From the NCBI RefSeq assembly GCF_009914755.1, contig NC_060929.1: a stretch of DNA of 64,000 nucleotides. The stretch is one strand, 5' to 3'. This DNA comes from the human T2T-CHM13v2.0 reference genome, Homo sapiens. Of this stretch, positions 42,011 to 57,744 are shown piece by piece. Both the position numbers and the translations under genes were made by a program. A model generated the notes under the pieces. It ran no database searches. It was not told where the DNA came from and worked only from the letters and a program-made list of their open reading frames with translations. Each line of letters begins with the position of its first letter. Position 1 is the first letter of the stretch.

Positions 42011-42208
42011 CCCTCTCTTCATAGGGATTATTGGAGCCTAGAAGAGTGCATGGACACTTTTCATTATTATTATTATTATTTACTAGATTATCACCCCAAC
42101 AGAATAGGAACTGAATTCCTTTTTGCAAGTAGGTGTTCAATAATTATTTGTTGAATGAATGAATGCTATGGCTACTATATGGAATTTCTAGGTCAAATAG
42201 GAGCAGAA

Positions 42209-42581
<373 letters not shown>

Positions 42582-44516
42582 TCAATTTAGTCATCGTACC
42601 CACATGTAATCACCAAAAAATTTTTTTTAAAAGCTATTTATAACCAAAAATATCTTCTATCAAGTTGTGGTAATATTACATGAAAGCCCATTTTGTTCTG
42701 CTGAGCACTTGCGTAGTTCTGGGAGTTAAAAGGTGGATGGAGCAGGAGAGACGTAAAGCACTAAATGCCATTAAGTAAGAAAAATCTGGAGTTCCTATAA
42801 GCAATTTTTGAAGTAGGAGAGGTACGGAAGGGTAGGAATGAAAGAAAAAACCCAAGCAAACCTAGCAAAAGGCTAACACCTTCCATATAGAAATCACTGG
42901 GTAACTGACTTTTTAAGAATATGAAAGTCTAAACACAGTCACTTCTCACATTATGGTGAACATTGCTTCCATTTCTTCAAACCATCAGTAAAGTGTGGTA
43001 CAATGCAGAAATCCCATGTGTGAACAAGTTTTGTTTTGTTGGGGCAGAGGGAAGGCTGGTGGTTGGGAAAACTAAGGAAGGGGCTCAGTTCTACCTTGAG
43101 CCTCTGTGGTATGGAAAAAAGAGATGATGACAGCTACTGTGAGAGAACTCCTAAACGCAACCAATTTGGCTGAAGCAGAGATGTGGGGCCTGGTGTGATC
43201 AAGGATTCATAAAAGCTTTGGAGAGAAAGCAGAACTTTTCACAATCTGTACGATGGGGATTGCAGCCAATTTTATTTAGCCCTCAGGAAATAGGGTGACC
43301 CCAGTTGACCCCCAGGGGAAAAAATTCCCTATCTCATAAACAATAAAAATCTTAACTAAAGTTTAATATGATAGCAACCAGAAACAAGGCTTCCTGTTGT
43401 CCTCAGACAACCGAAAGTTCATATTCACACACCCAAGTAACCACACCCCCAGCCCCTGCACTGTGCAAGTGAACAGTTTCATTGACAACTTTGGGGTCTG
43501 TTTTGATCTTGGAGATCTTGGAGTTAACTGCAGAGAATGACTGGAGTGGATTTTATGAAGAGGTATTTTATAAATGCTTATGTGTAATGATGAGGGAAAT
43601 TGAAGAAAGTGAAACAAACAGTAAAACCACATGGGAAGAATTCCCGCAGAACATGAGAAACAGAACTTGACTTAATGAATAAAATAACAGATGGCATCTC
43701 ATTTTTTATTGGGTGTGTAAAGAATGAGAACCTGAAATGCAGGTTTGGTTATTCAAGTGAATTAGTAAAGGAGATTTATGGTTTTGGAAGAATCAGCAGT
43801 CATGGGGGGGCAGGAAATGGTTATAAGTGACTTTTAGATTCTGTGCTTGGGTGACTAATGACAAACATAGCATAGTAAACCATCGGACCATATCATGCAA
43901 ACAGGCTGTGTGAATTAATTTTGTTTTGCTTTGTCTTGCTGGGGAAATTAGAAGGCTTAAACAAAGCAGAGAGAAGACATCTATTGGATTGTCCAAAATA
44001 CTGTAAAATTTTGGCAATGTGGTATCTATACCAGGCAACTACAACTTCTGTCTTATTTGGTTTAGATACCCAAGGAAGTACAGGGGTACTCTGAAATTTA
44101 CTTCGAGATACAAATCTTCAATTATTCACAAGCTGGCAGCACAGGTCTTTAAGTCTATTGTCCTTGTACTTCCCTAGAACACATCATCTTGGCACCAGAT
44201 CTGCTTTACCTCTCAGAAGTTTAGAGCAAAATTCTACGAAAGGCAGGACTTTTAACACTCCCTCACTGTGGGGTGTTTAAAAAGACTATTATGGGGAGAA
44301 AAATGAATTGCTGAATAAGTAGTATGTGGAAGAAAGGTCTGTGTTGAATGAAGGGAGGTCTAGTCATTAAAAAAGAAAAAGAAGGCTCAAGCCACAGAGT
44401 TTTTATCGTGTGCCTCAGCCACTGGGGAAACAGTTTCAGTGCAGTATTATATATGAAATGTTTCCTATTAGAATCAAAGTTCCCACAATGGAACATGTGC
44501 GACAATACTAACTAAA

Positions 44517-44535
44517 CACTACCATCTAGTGGCCA
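44517..44535 (-). promoter_or_regulatory. CTCF-like motif (reverse orientation)
   Basis: Minus strand reads TGGCCACTAGATGGTAGTG, close to the CTCF core CCASYAGRKGGCRS (one core mismatch). Confidence 0.55.
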
Positions 44536-45595
44536 GTTTTGAGAACTACAAAAGCTCGCAAAGTGCATTAAAAACACCGTGAAAGAAATGCAACAACCAA
44601 TGAAAAGATGTTTAATTTTCCCTTAGTATCAGGGAAAATAATTGATCACACTATATAGTAAATGAAGATATGTGTATCAAGTGCTGCTATTCTCAATTAC
44701 CCTTAAAACTTAGATGGGCTTGCAGGGAGTCTCAAGTGCATGTTTTGCTGTTTATAGCACCAGTGTAGAGATATTTCCACCAATGACAAATAGGCTGTAA
44801 AACATAAAATCCTTTAGAAAAGTGATAAAAATACAATCAGTATGAGGACTTTGCTTCCTCTTCCCCTCCCCACCCCTACCCCCCTACTATCCCTCACACC
44901 TAACACCTCTCACAAGTTGCTATTGTATAGCTGGCATAGCTGGAGGAGTAGAAAGAGTGAGCTCACAGTCAGCAAAGCTGTGTGGTGCCTTTGTTCCACA
45001 CACTTCTGGCTGTTTGAGCCTAGGTTAGTCACTTAACCTTTCTAAGACTCACTTTCTAAAAATACGCAAATATGTAAATTGTTGCTCTTCCAGTCTCCCT
45101 GGGTTTAGGGGAAAATAGAATGTGTACAAAAATGCATTGTAAATGCAAATGTGCCATACAAAATTGCTATTAGTTTTAAAATCTCTAAGTGAGGATGATG
45201 AGGATGTGAATCTGATATTTGAAGGTGCTAAACATTTTTTTAATTTTTTTTCAAAAAGCCATTTTTCTTAATATTGTTGATTTCCTGAGACAAATATCTT
45301 TGATCTGGGTTGAATAATTGTGGGAATTCTCAAGTTTATCCTGCCCCTATACACGCAGCAAAAGAAAGCTAATTAACTTGTCCAAATTTTTACATTGAAT
45401 CAAAGACGAGACTGAGAACAACTGTCATAGCTTGAGTGTTGAAGTTTATCAATCTAGGAATCCTATTGTGTTGTTAATGTTTCCCCAGTAGTTTCAGTAA
45501 GTAATGTAAACCCATGAATCTAAATTATAAAATGGCTACAGGTAAACCATGACACCAAATTTCACTTCATATTTCATTATTCTAAGATACAAGGG

Positions 45596-45886
45596 CAGAA
45601 CCTAAAGAAAGGGTAAAATAAAATGGACTTACATTAGACTTACTGACACCATCATTATTTGAGAAAGAGCTATTTCCTAGGTATATTTTAGGAACTTATC
45701 TGGTGATATCTATCTATCTACTAACTTTAGGAGTGGGGTGGAATTAATTCTTTTTACAAGATTAGTGAAGTTAGAAACAACTAGTTTCTAATTGATTAAA
45801 TGTAACCTATTTTCAAGTATCTTCATATGACTGAAATCAATCTGTTTTATTTTCCAAACCAGTGGAATAGACACAGAGTCATTACA
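45596..45886 (+). repeat. Left arm of ~290-bp inverted duplication
   Basis: Reverse complement of 49404-49696 at roughly 90 percent identity by manual alignment. Confidence 0.95.
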
Positions 45887-46562
45887 ACCAGAATGACATG
45901 GCATTGTTACAAATCTTAGTATTAAAGCAATACTTCTGTTTTTATGTATAATTATTTTATAATGGAAAATGTCCCTCAAAATCAGACGATTTGTTCCACA
46001 ATGAATCATCTACTCCAAACAACTCTGTTCCAATAATTAATGACAAGAACAACAAACACTTACCCACCAGATCCTTATGGTAAAGCTAACTTCAGACAGG
46101 AAATGCAGAACTCAGCAGAGTTCATTATTTTTCATTTCTAGATCAGAACAAGTTTATCTAAGACTCCAAATAAAGTTCATGCTTTGTGCAACGTGCAAAT
46201 GACAGTTCATTATATTTTCTTGTTTCACAGAGAAAAACTCAGAAGGAAAACATCTACAGGAGATACAAATAAAGAAGGGCTAGGTGTTTCTGAAAATAAT
46301 CTTCCAGAAAAAAAAAGTGGCCCTCTTGAAACTCATCAGGAAAAAAAGTACTTAAGAAACTCTAAAACATTTTTATGTGTTAGAATCACCGGGGTAATTT
46401 TGGCAATCTCTATGCCCAGATCACAGCCCACATCAATTAGAAGAGAACCTCTGGGACATGAAGATCAGTTTTTTGTTTTGTTTTGTTTTTGTTTTCATTT
46501 TTTTTTTAAAGTTCTCTAGGTGATGCCAACACGCAGCCATATCCCACAAACACTTTAGTTAA

Positions 46563-46953
<391 letters not shown>

Positions 46954-47432
46954 TCCATATTCTTACATGAGCAAGAAGCAAGAATTCATTTTATCAGTAT
47001 GTAAATTGTGAAAAAAACACATGCAGGTGAGAAGCAGGGGCTATAAGGATGAAATCAATGGGCCAGCAGAGAATACAGTGCATGAATTCAATAGTCCCTG
47101 CAGTGCTCCCTGCTAGGCAGTGCAGGGATATAGACAAATAGTGGCCTGATGTCTTTAATAAGCTGATAAATAGTTGGGGCCACCAATATGTAAACAAAGC
47201 AAGAACATAGAAAACACGCTCCAAATGGGTTACAAGCAGAGTTGTGGTGTAGGGCAGAGGAAGATAATAGATGCTAATGATTTAGGATGGTAAATACGAC
47301 AACAAGAGTACAATCTCTACCTGGTTGATTCCAAGGAGTTTAAAAACGTAAATGCATGAATGACCAGAGGAATCCTCACCAGGGGAGTACGGCACAGGAA
47401 TATAAACGTGACTTGATGTGCAGGCTCTAAGG

Positions 47433-47938
<506 letters not shown>

Positions 47939-48282
47939 CTCTAAGGTTTTCTTGAAAATAAACAAATACATGAAATTGGCCATTTTATCATCAACATTCA
48001 CTAAAGTAGATGGTAGTATGTATTCACTCATGCTTCAACACAGACAAGGTCACGTGGGCTAGGAACCATTCCACAGGACAGCAATCTTAGGTAAGGTCTT
48101 AAAATAGGAAATAGAAAATTAGTTGTTTTAAAAAGTGAGGGAGTAAACAGTAATATTAATGCAAACTTGCTGATTGCAGGTACTCAAAAAATAGTTACAA
48201 ACTTGTATTTTATATATAGCTTATAATATTTTAGACTTCTGGAATGACCATGTCCCACTTTCTTTTTAATCCCTAACTTTTA

Positions 48283-48795
48283 TTTATTCATTTTCTATTT
48301 CTATAGTTTTTGGGGTACAGTGGGTTTTGTTTACTTGGACACATTCATTAGTGGTGATTTCTGATATTTTGGTGCATCCATCACCGGAGCAGTGTACACT
48401 GTACCCAATATGTAGTCTTTTATTTCTCAACTTCTCCCAATCTCTCCCCCATCCCCAAAGTCCATTATTCATTCTTATGCCTTTGTATCCTCAGCGCTTA
48501 GCTCCCACTTGTAAGTGAAAACATGATATTTGGTTTTCCATTCCTGAGTTACGTCTCTTAGAATAAATGGCCTCCACTTCCAGCCAAGTTGCTGCCAGAG
48601 ACATTATTTGGTTTCTTTTTATGACTGAGTAGTAATCCATAGGGCATATATACCACATTTTCTTTATCCACTCGTTGGTCGATGGGCAACAAGTTTGGTT
48701 GCCTATTTTTGCAACTGTGAATTGGACAGGCCTGTGCATGTGGTCTTTCTCGTAGAATGACTTCTTTCCCTTTGGGTGAATACCCAGTAGTGGGT
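48283..48795 (-). mobile_element. 5'-truncated L1PB-like 3' end
   Basis: AGTGGTGATTTCTGATATTTTGGTGCATCCATCACC...GCTCCCACTTGTAAGTGAAAACATG...ATACCCAGTAGTGGG; TSD CCCTAACTTTTA at 48271 and 48800. Confidence 0.88.
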
Positions 48796-49031
48796 TAAAC
48801 CCTAACTTTTAATGTTTACCTTAATTTTAAAAATACAATCACCCAAAACCAAAAATGAATAAATTATAACTCCATTCCACACTTGGATAAATCTCACAAA
48901 CCTACTCAAAGAAGCTAAACTCGGAAGAGTATACAGAATATTACTTCATTTCATAAAACTTAAAAACGAGGAAATCCCCCTTGTTTTTGGTATCAGAAGT
49001 CCAATAGTGATTATTCTGGGTGTGCCAATAG

Positions 49032-49349
<318 letters not shown>

Positions 49350-49403
49350 ACATTCTGTTTCTTAATCTACAATACATTTGAAACAGAAGACTTTCAAAAT
49401 GTA

Positions 49404-49696
49404 TGTAATGACCCTGTGTGTATTCCACTGGTTTGGAAAATAAAACAGATTGATTTCAGTCACATGAAGCTACTTGAAAGTAGGTTACATTTAATGAATT
49501 AAAAGCTAGTTGTTTCTAGCTTCACTAATCTTGTAAAAAGAATCAATTCCACCCCACCCCTAAAGTTAGTAGATAGATATCACCAGATAAAAGGTCCTAA
49601 AATATACCTAGGAAACAGTTCTTTCTTAAATAATGATGGTGTCAGGAAGTGTAATCTACAAAGTCCCCTTCTAGTTCACCCTTTCTTTAGCTTCTG
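49404..49696 (-). repeat. Right arm of ~290-bp inverted duplication
   Basis: Reverse complement of 45596-45886. Confidence 0.95.
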
Positions 49697-50941
49697 GTGA
49701 GCCAAGTGTGTTCACTTAGTGAAAATTCATTGACTTTTACACTTACAATTTGTGCACCTGCATTTATGTATGTTTTGATGCAAAGTTCAAAAAATATAAG
49801 AATAGGATGAATGCTATGTTAGAGTTTAAGAAGTCAGGACATTTTCACTTCCCTTTGGCATTTAAAGATGTGTTGGATGTTGGGGTACTGCTCTCAGTGA
49901 ATGCTGGAGACAGGCAATGGCACATCATCCAATACAGTGAACAAAGGCAAGTGGATAGGGATATTTAGTCCTTGGGATTCTAAAAATCTCAAAGAAGACC
50001 ACAGGAATGAATGGTCAGTTTCTGACGATGCAAGGCAATTTATTCTGGCTCTAATAAGACCTGAGTTAGGACAAGGCAAAACTGTGAAGTAGATGAGATT
50101 GTGAACAGTCCCCGAAATAACTGTTGGGTGGCCTGTGCCTGCAAGCACTTTTGCCACCTCCCCGTCTGTCAGGGTCACTCTCCTATTGAGTCTCTGCCAC
50201 TGTTTCCAGCCATTCTCCAAATCTTGATTTAATGCTTCTTTGCCCCTCTCCCACTATTCCTCCCTACTACCCCTCTTATCCTCCTTATCTCCTTCCTTTT
50301 CATCAAAACCTACCTGTTTTCTGTTTCGTTATCTCAGAATCTTTGTTATTAGCCAGTTCAATAAACCACTGGGCTCCCCAGCCATGCTAACAGGCAGGTC
50401 AGAGCTGAGAAGCTCTAAGCTGGTTATGAAACTGAGGGAGCTTCACTCAGACAGCGTTCCTCTCCAAAGCCATATCTGGATTTTACTGGGGCCTGAGGAC
50501 CTTAATGAAAGGGGGAACCAACTCACCTTGGAGCAGAGGTTCTCTGGCTAGCGCAGAGGTGGCACAGTATTGACTTGCTCTACCTCACTGTTGTCACTGA
50601 TGTCCCTAGACATACCCTGAGCCTTTTTCTGGAGACCTGGAAACAGTTAATACCAGAGCAAGTCCCCACTTATCAAAAGGAGCAGCCTGCCAAAAACAAT
50701 GTTGTTTTTAGACAAGTATGTTTTAAGGCATAAACTGAAGGGCTAATGGAACAGCCATTGTTCTAATGGATTTTTAATGAGGTGTAAAGTTCTCAGCTGA
50801 TTGACAGTCAACAAGGTGTGAAATTTTACAGAAATATTGCATTACTGTGAAATTAATCTCTTTTATTCAAGTTTATTATTTCTTGAATCTAAAAGTCAAG
50901 AAAAGCATGAGAAAGATGACTATTAAAATTTCTACTTCCCT

Positions 50942-51160
50942 ATAATTAATAGGAAATAGTTACAGGACTACAGTTAATAACTATATTTTTTCAAATATTT
51001 TTGAAAATTGTTAAGAGAGTGGATTTTAAGTGTTTTCACCACAAAAATGATAAGCATGTGAGGTTATACATTTAATTAGCTCAATTTAGCCATTACACAA
51101 CGTGTACATATTTCAAAACAATATATAGACAATGAAAACATGCAATTTCTTTAAAAATAA
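50942..51160 (+). mobile_element. L1MA-like 3' end
   Basis: TTGAAAATTGTTAAGAGAGTGGATTTTAAGTGTTTTCACCACAAAAATGATAAGCATGTGAGGT...TAATTAGCTCAATTTAGCCATT; possible TSD TAAAATTTCTA.TT.CCT. Confidence 0.85.
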
Positions 51161-54100
51161 AATTTCTATTTTCCTTTAAATACGATTTGAAATCAAGAGA
51201 AAAATTATTTTTCTTGGTTTTATTTTATGGAGAAAGTTATGGAAGTGGAAGGGACATCATAAAGGCAGGACTTTTCTGAGCTCAGTTTCATTGACTGCCC
51301 AGGTGCCCTGGGAGTGATAATGACCTAGTAGCAACCAACGAGCCCCTTTCTGGCCAGCACTGTGAGATCAATGCTCCAGGGCATTGGGTTCTAAGCCCAG
51401 GGATTCAGCATCTAAGCCACTTGGGTTCAATACCCCTCTTAGACCAGACAAAAAGAGGTCCTGCCCTGGGAGCCTTAGAAGGCCCACTCTTTCCCTTCTC
51501 CAGTCCTGCCTCTTCCTTTGCAGGATCCTTGGAATATGGTCACGCAGAGCCCCAAACCAATGTACTTTTAGACCGTGACCTGGGAGCTCATGGCCCGTAT
51601 CAGCTAACAGGGCCTGTGGGGTCCCATTTCCCCCATGCTTCTTCTAGAGGGCAGACATGTCACCAGTGTGCACAACCCTATGCCTGGGGGTGGCTACATA
51701 TGTAGTATGAGGGTAGGAGGTACTGGGCCAAAACGCAGGCACCTGGGCTGGCTTGTCCCCACACACACACAGAGGTGCTTCGTGGTTCCAGACAGAGCCA
51801 GATGGGAAGAGAAGAGCAGAGCGGGTGGCCCTTTCCCTCAACACTGAGGGATTGGAATTGCTGAATTGGAATCCGGCCTTCCAGACAATTATGAAAGCAT
51901 ATTTGTCAAGGAAAAAGGACAGACCTTTAACACTGAGGGAGCAGATAGAACCGAAACATTCAGGTTCTGCATTTGAACTTGATCTTCCAGGTCTCTGTAT
52001 AGGCTTAAGTTGTCAAGGAAGTAGGCCAGAGCTTCCTTCACAGTTCATTAGGCTGATTTACAACTTTTAAATATTTAGACAAGTGGTATGCAGGCTCCCA
52101 CCTGTATTCTTACCTCACAACCTCAAAATTTCAGAAGCAGCCTGCTCTGAGCCCTACCCAAGACCTACGGAGACAGACGTCTGTGGTGGGGTTGGGAAAT
52201 CTGAATTTTAAGAAGCTCTTCAGATGATGGATGCCCATCATTCATTTGCCTATCACTACCTTAGACCCTTATCTCCACTGTCATTTTTTAAATGCTGAGT
52301 CCATGTGTCAACAAAGTAGCGTTGAATAACTCATTTGTAAAAAGTGGAAGCAGAAAAATGACAGATTTCACTGGAACACTAGGCATGTGCCAAACCCAGC
52401 TCTGTTCTGCTCAGGAAACAGGCTTCCTGAGCCCCCATGGGCTTGTGGCTTCCAGTCTGATTTTCCTCAGCCCAGTGACATCCTGTGGGACAGCTGTCAT
52501 TGTCCTCCATAGTCATTCCAACTTCAGATAATGCTCCCTCTTCAACAGAACTTTCTCTTTTAAGATTGGCCATTCTTACTTCCTGGTTCCTGAGGCCAAT
52601 TTTTGACCCAATATCTATTTTCTTCTCCTAATTCCTCTACTCTGCAATGCCCACCATTTTGGTTTTAACATACAAGTGTTTAACCCAGAGCTCTTTGATT
52701 TCTCCTGGTAGGTGAGAAAGAGTATTTGTTTGGGCAAAGCCTGCTAATAAACCAGCAGTACATTGAGATCACCTGGGGAGTCACAAAATTCCCAAGCCTA
52801 GGCCCCATTCCAACCTGTTACATCTTGATCTATGACGTTTGTGTGTGTGTGTGTGTGTTTGTGTGTGTGTTAAAAGCATGGGGAACAGATAAGTTTCCAT
52901 TATTCTGCTCACACATCAAAAGTTTCAAAGAACCCTTTTCCCCAGATACCGAGAGATTTTGGCCATTCCTTTAGTATTTTTACAGCATTAAACAAAGACT
53001 GATTATGAATATAACCCCAGCTTATTGAACTGTGTGCATTCTCTTAATGCCTGCAAATGCTGCTTGCAAGAGTGGCCTCACACCAAAATGTACCCCAAGT
53101 TCTTCTGTAAAGACAACTTGCAGCCAAGGACAGCTAGCACCAACACTACTGTCTTCCAGAATTTTAAGTGGAGGCTGAAAGGCTGAATTAGTTAAAACTC
53201 CCAGGCCTTCTTGGTTAGGACAGTGTTCTTGCATTCTTTTTTTTGGCAGGGGGGCCGGGGGCACTATTCAAAACATTCCAGTGACATATCGAGTCACTAC
53301 CCCGTAATTTAAAAATATAATGTAATATATGTACTTTATGGAAGTCGAAGAGTTGTGCTTTAAATTTAAGTACCGTGCCTTAGTTGGCGCCTCTAACATA
53401 GGGAGTTGGACATTGCTAATGATTTGCCCTCATTAAGCAAAGATCTTTGAGATGCTTCTATCCATTAAATACTGTCAATGTGATTCCTATTCTAGCTAGT
53501 TGGTATAGAGCACCACCATTTTCAAAATTATTAAGGAAAAATCACATCTAAATTAAGCCAAAGGGACTAGACCCATCGAAAGTGAGATATAAAGGGCTTT
53601 GGGCAATAAAATCAAAATCATTTGTTAGTTGTGAGAAAACTTAAATCTTACCCTCTAGTTTAATTTTTAAAGTGTCGAAGGAACTACAAAATACAAATTT
53701 CCCAATAAAGAAGAAAATCAAGAAAAAGAAGACAGTACTAGAATAAATCATACCATTTGGTACATTTATGTACCAAATTTACCCTGGGTAATTCCTATTT
53801 TCTCAATTTCAGCAAAGAGGAGTAATTTTAGGATATAGTATTGCCTGCCTGGATTATAACGATGTGCTAAGAGGCTGAGCATGTGTCTCTTATGTACATC
53901 TCCAGACTGTGCAGGCGGAGCTCAAGTTGGATTTGGCATCAAGGTCCAAGTTTAGTCATTAATCTATTGATGAAAACTGTACTTTATTTTCCCCCATTGA
54001 AGAAGGGACAAAATTCAATTCCATCAAGCAGTCTTCTTTGTACAGCTCTATTCTACTCCTGACTTAGATTCAGAGTCAGAGGACCAGAGTTAGTGCTCAC

Positions 54101-54259
54101 TCCAAACTATTAACCTTTCATCTAGGGCCCGGGGTCCATCTCTGCCTAGAGAGCATGTGGGAACCCCTCGATTGCTTTATTGCATCGTTTATTATTACAA
54201 AGAATAATACACATATTGAATAAAAAATGTATACTGCTTGAAAGGCAATTAAGCGACTT

Positions 54260-54560
54260 CTCATAAGTCACGTGAATCCTGAAATGTCTATTATGTTTTA
54301 GAAACCCAAAGATAATTGTAATTCCATTGCCTGGTTAAGTCATGCTCAAGAAACACGGTGCTCCTTATGGCTGCTCGTCAATCCTCTCAGCGGCCAGCAG
54401 ATGGCGCACACTTCTCAGAAACATCAAAACGTGGCGTGGGAAAACCCGATTCCGTGGGGAAGGCGGGCCGCCTAACACAAAGCTGTCTTTCCGTAAAAAT
54501 CAGTCGGCCTTCACAGGGTTACAGAAAATTATTCATTATGTACAAGAGCAATGACGTTCA
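54260..54560. promoter_or_regulatory. CpG-retaining candidate regulatory element with forward CTCF motif
   Basis: CGGCCAGCAGATGGCGCAC at 54391-54409 (full match to CTCF core), CACGTG 54269-54274, CGTCA 54376-54380, TGACG 54552-54556, many CpGs in non-repeat DNA. Confidence 0.65.
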
Positions 54561-55959
54561 GCAATGTATACAGTTGCTGACAGTCCTAAAGTGGGATATG
54601 GAACAGGATGGTTCATGCCCATTTTTACGTATTTGAATTTATTTCTTCTCTGGGTACTGTAAGTAAATGAATGTTATTGATTTTTCCTTATGTGTTAAGT
54701 GCTGCACCGATATTTTAAATGATGACTCGTTTCTACTGGGAACTTATAATGAAAAGATGGAGCAGTAGAAATAGAAAACCTCTGGGCCATCTCCTTGGTC
54801 AAGGTTAGCAGGTTAGTCCTTTGGTCTAGCTCTGCCATTCAGAACCTTGGACCATGCATTTGCTCCCACCCCTGGGATCCACCATCTCTCCCTGGCTCCT
54901 TCCAGGTCCACCAGCCTCAGGGTCACTGCAGTCTCAGACCACCTGAAACGCAGAAGCCCCGCCTATTTTGCTAGCTCCCTCGTTCCTACGTATTCCCATT
55001 TTTCCGGCTTATTTAAAGAATAAAACAATACAAACTTTAATGGCTATTTGTACTTTTTAAAAATCAGTGCATTTTCATTTGTGTACTCTTGTGGATTTGG
55101 GCAACAGCTGAAAAATCAAAATAATTTGTATCTTTATTGATCTTGAACAAATGCTCTAAGATGCATACATTTAGCAGATGGACTCACTTATCATGTGGGC
55201 TTCTTTTCCCAAATGCAGATGGGATGGAAGTTGACATGAGGAGGCAGTATAATAAGTTAGGAAGAATCTGGACAAAGGTATAAAGGAGCTAAACGGAGGC
55301 TGCAGAATGTGGAGTGAAGAGCTGGGACAGGTAACTCAAGGAGAAAGCAGAGAGAAGGAAAGTGATAGCACAGAGGCAAAGGGAATTGACTGACATCCAG
55401 GGAAATGTGTGAATTTGTCCAGAATGTCCTGAAAACTTTGTGCCGTGGGACAGACCTAAGACCTGGACTATATTCATAAAAAGAAACATGATTTTCCCTG
55501 GGGAATTTTAGACCAATCAGAAAGACTCCTAAGCTCTGTCTTTTCAACTTTCCACTCTACCTCATTATCCACCAAGCTACTTTTCCCACCTCTGTTCAAT
55601 TGATTTCGGAAAGAGATGCACATACCAAAAATATGCAAGTCTGCCACAGATTTATTCTTTCTCACTTTAGCTGTGTCCTCAGTCGCCATTTTAATCACTC
55701 TCAAAGAATGCTCTCCCATATTAGCTACAATGGATATTTCAAAACTCTCTTTTCAAACTCCCTGACCTGGCTGGTCTTCACTCTCATTAAATGATTTCAT
55801 GTCCTACTTTCCTGACTCTCAGCCTCTCTCCATGAGCTCAGGTTTCCAGAAAGCAGTCATGTCCCCAGCCTCTCTGCCTTCGAGAATGATCCTCCTCTTG
55901 TCTCAGGCTAACCTCCTGTCCAGCTGCATGAAGCCTCAGAACAGAGAAGAAACTGTGTG

Positions 55960-56150
55960 AGTTTCAGACTCTGGAGTTTTAGGTTTGAATCTTGGAGCTG
56001 CCACTATCTAGGCACATGCTCCTAGGCAAGGTACATAACTTTTCTAAGACTCTATTTTCTCATATGTAAAAACGTGGTGATAATACAACCTCCTTTGTAT
56101 GATATGGGAATTTCCTGTATGTTATTTGTGAAAACACTTTCCCTACTACT
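55960..56150 (+). mobile_element. MIR SINE
   Basis: CAGACTCTGGAG...GGTTTGAATCTTGG...CTGCCACT...TAGGCAAG...TTTTCTCATATGTAAAA. Confidence 0.8.
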
Positions 56151-56644
56151 TAGCAATAAATTCCCTCATATCTCTACCAGTTGACTGTGAAGAATTTTAA
56201 GCCCAGAAGTACATTACTTTCCCCATCGTGAGGGTTGAGCCTAGCGCGAGGAAAGTGACTGAGTCCTGGTCCCACAAACCTGTGAACCTACCCTCTCTTA
56301 TGTCCCAACCACTGCCATCTTTTCTGATAGTACCATTTTGTTCTCATTTTTAGGCTCTACTATGTTCTCCTGAGCCTTACAATGGCCTTTCCTCCCTCTG
56401 CATGTCTGTTCTTGGATGATCCTGTGCACTGTGATAACTCTAGTCTTGGAGGTGAATCTGAGGTCCACGTCTGAAACCTGAAAGGCATCTCCTTTTATCT
56501 ACTACCGCTTTCAAGGAGATGCTCTTCAGGTGCCACTGATTCTGGCATGCCAAAAAGTTGCATCTGCAGGATGGTTGTAGCCCTGTTTATAAATTCACAG
56601 GCTCAATTTCAAGACCTTATGAGACCCTCAAATGTATCAAGTGG

Positions 56645-56957
<313 letters not shown>

Positions 56958-57700
56958 GTAACAAGTGAGACAAGTGAGATAAAACTAAATCCAGTTTATA
57001 AGAAAGCCATTCCTACAGCCAATGCAATGTTATCTCTTATCTTCAACCTGAAGCACAAGCTGATATTATTTTGCAATCTTATTAGCAGCTCAAACAGCTG
57101 TCTCTGCCAGTAATATACACAATTGAAGGGATGCCAGAGGGCAAGCACCGAACCTGGCTGCAAAGAAGGGGAACCGTTCCCCAAATTTTGCCAAGTCAGG
57201 CTGCTGTATTTCATTTAAAGTGGGAGACATAATAATATTCCTAAATTCTGATACCAATAGGGTTGTTTATCCCTTCTATACCTGGAAGACTTGCTGTAAT
57301 ATTTTTTCTCATTTGTTTCTAAGTACTTAATATCCTATGCAGGGGGCTATTTTCTGGGCATTTGCTTATGGTCCAAGGACAATCTGTTTGGATGCTTACT
57401 TGCTGTTCTGGTTAAGCAAACCTAATGGTTCACAACTCCCTTACAACAATCAGGGAGTTTTGGCAAAGATTACTAACCAAGTCAAGTTTACATTGGCTCA
57501 AGCCTCTCCTACATGAATGCCACCAATAATTGTTGCTGTCTCTTTATTACACGTCTTTGAGGCACTGACTGCCTCCATAAAACTGGAGAAGGCATATGTG
57601 TATATATACTATATATAATGATTACCCACCAGTACCAGCTTTAATGTTTTCCTCTCCACCTAATTTCTTTTTGCTGTTCAATTTTCACAAGCATACACTT

Positions 57701-57702
<2 letters not shown>

Positions 57703-57741
<39 letters not shown>
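57703..57741. repeat. (AC)19 microsatellite
   Basis: Pure AC run. Confidence 0.97.

Positions 57742-57744
<3 letters not shown>

Noticed and set aside
50545-50566. CTCF-like GCGCAGAGGTGGCAC
   Set aside because: Left half of the core (CCASY) does not match.
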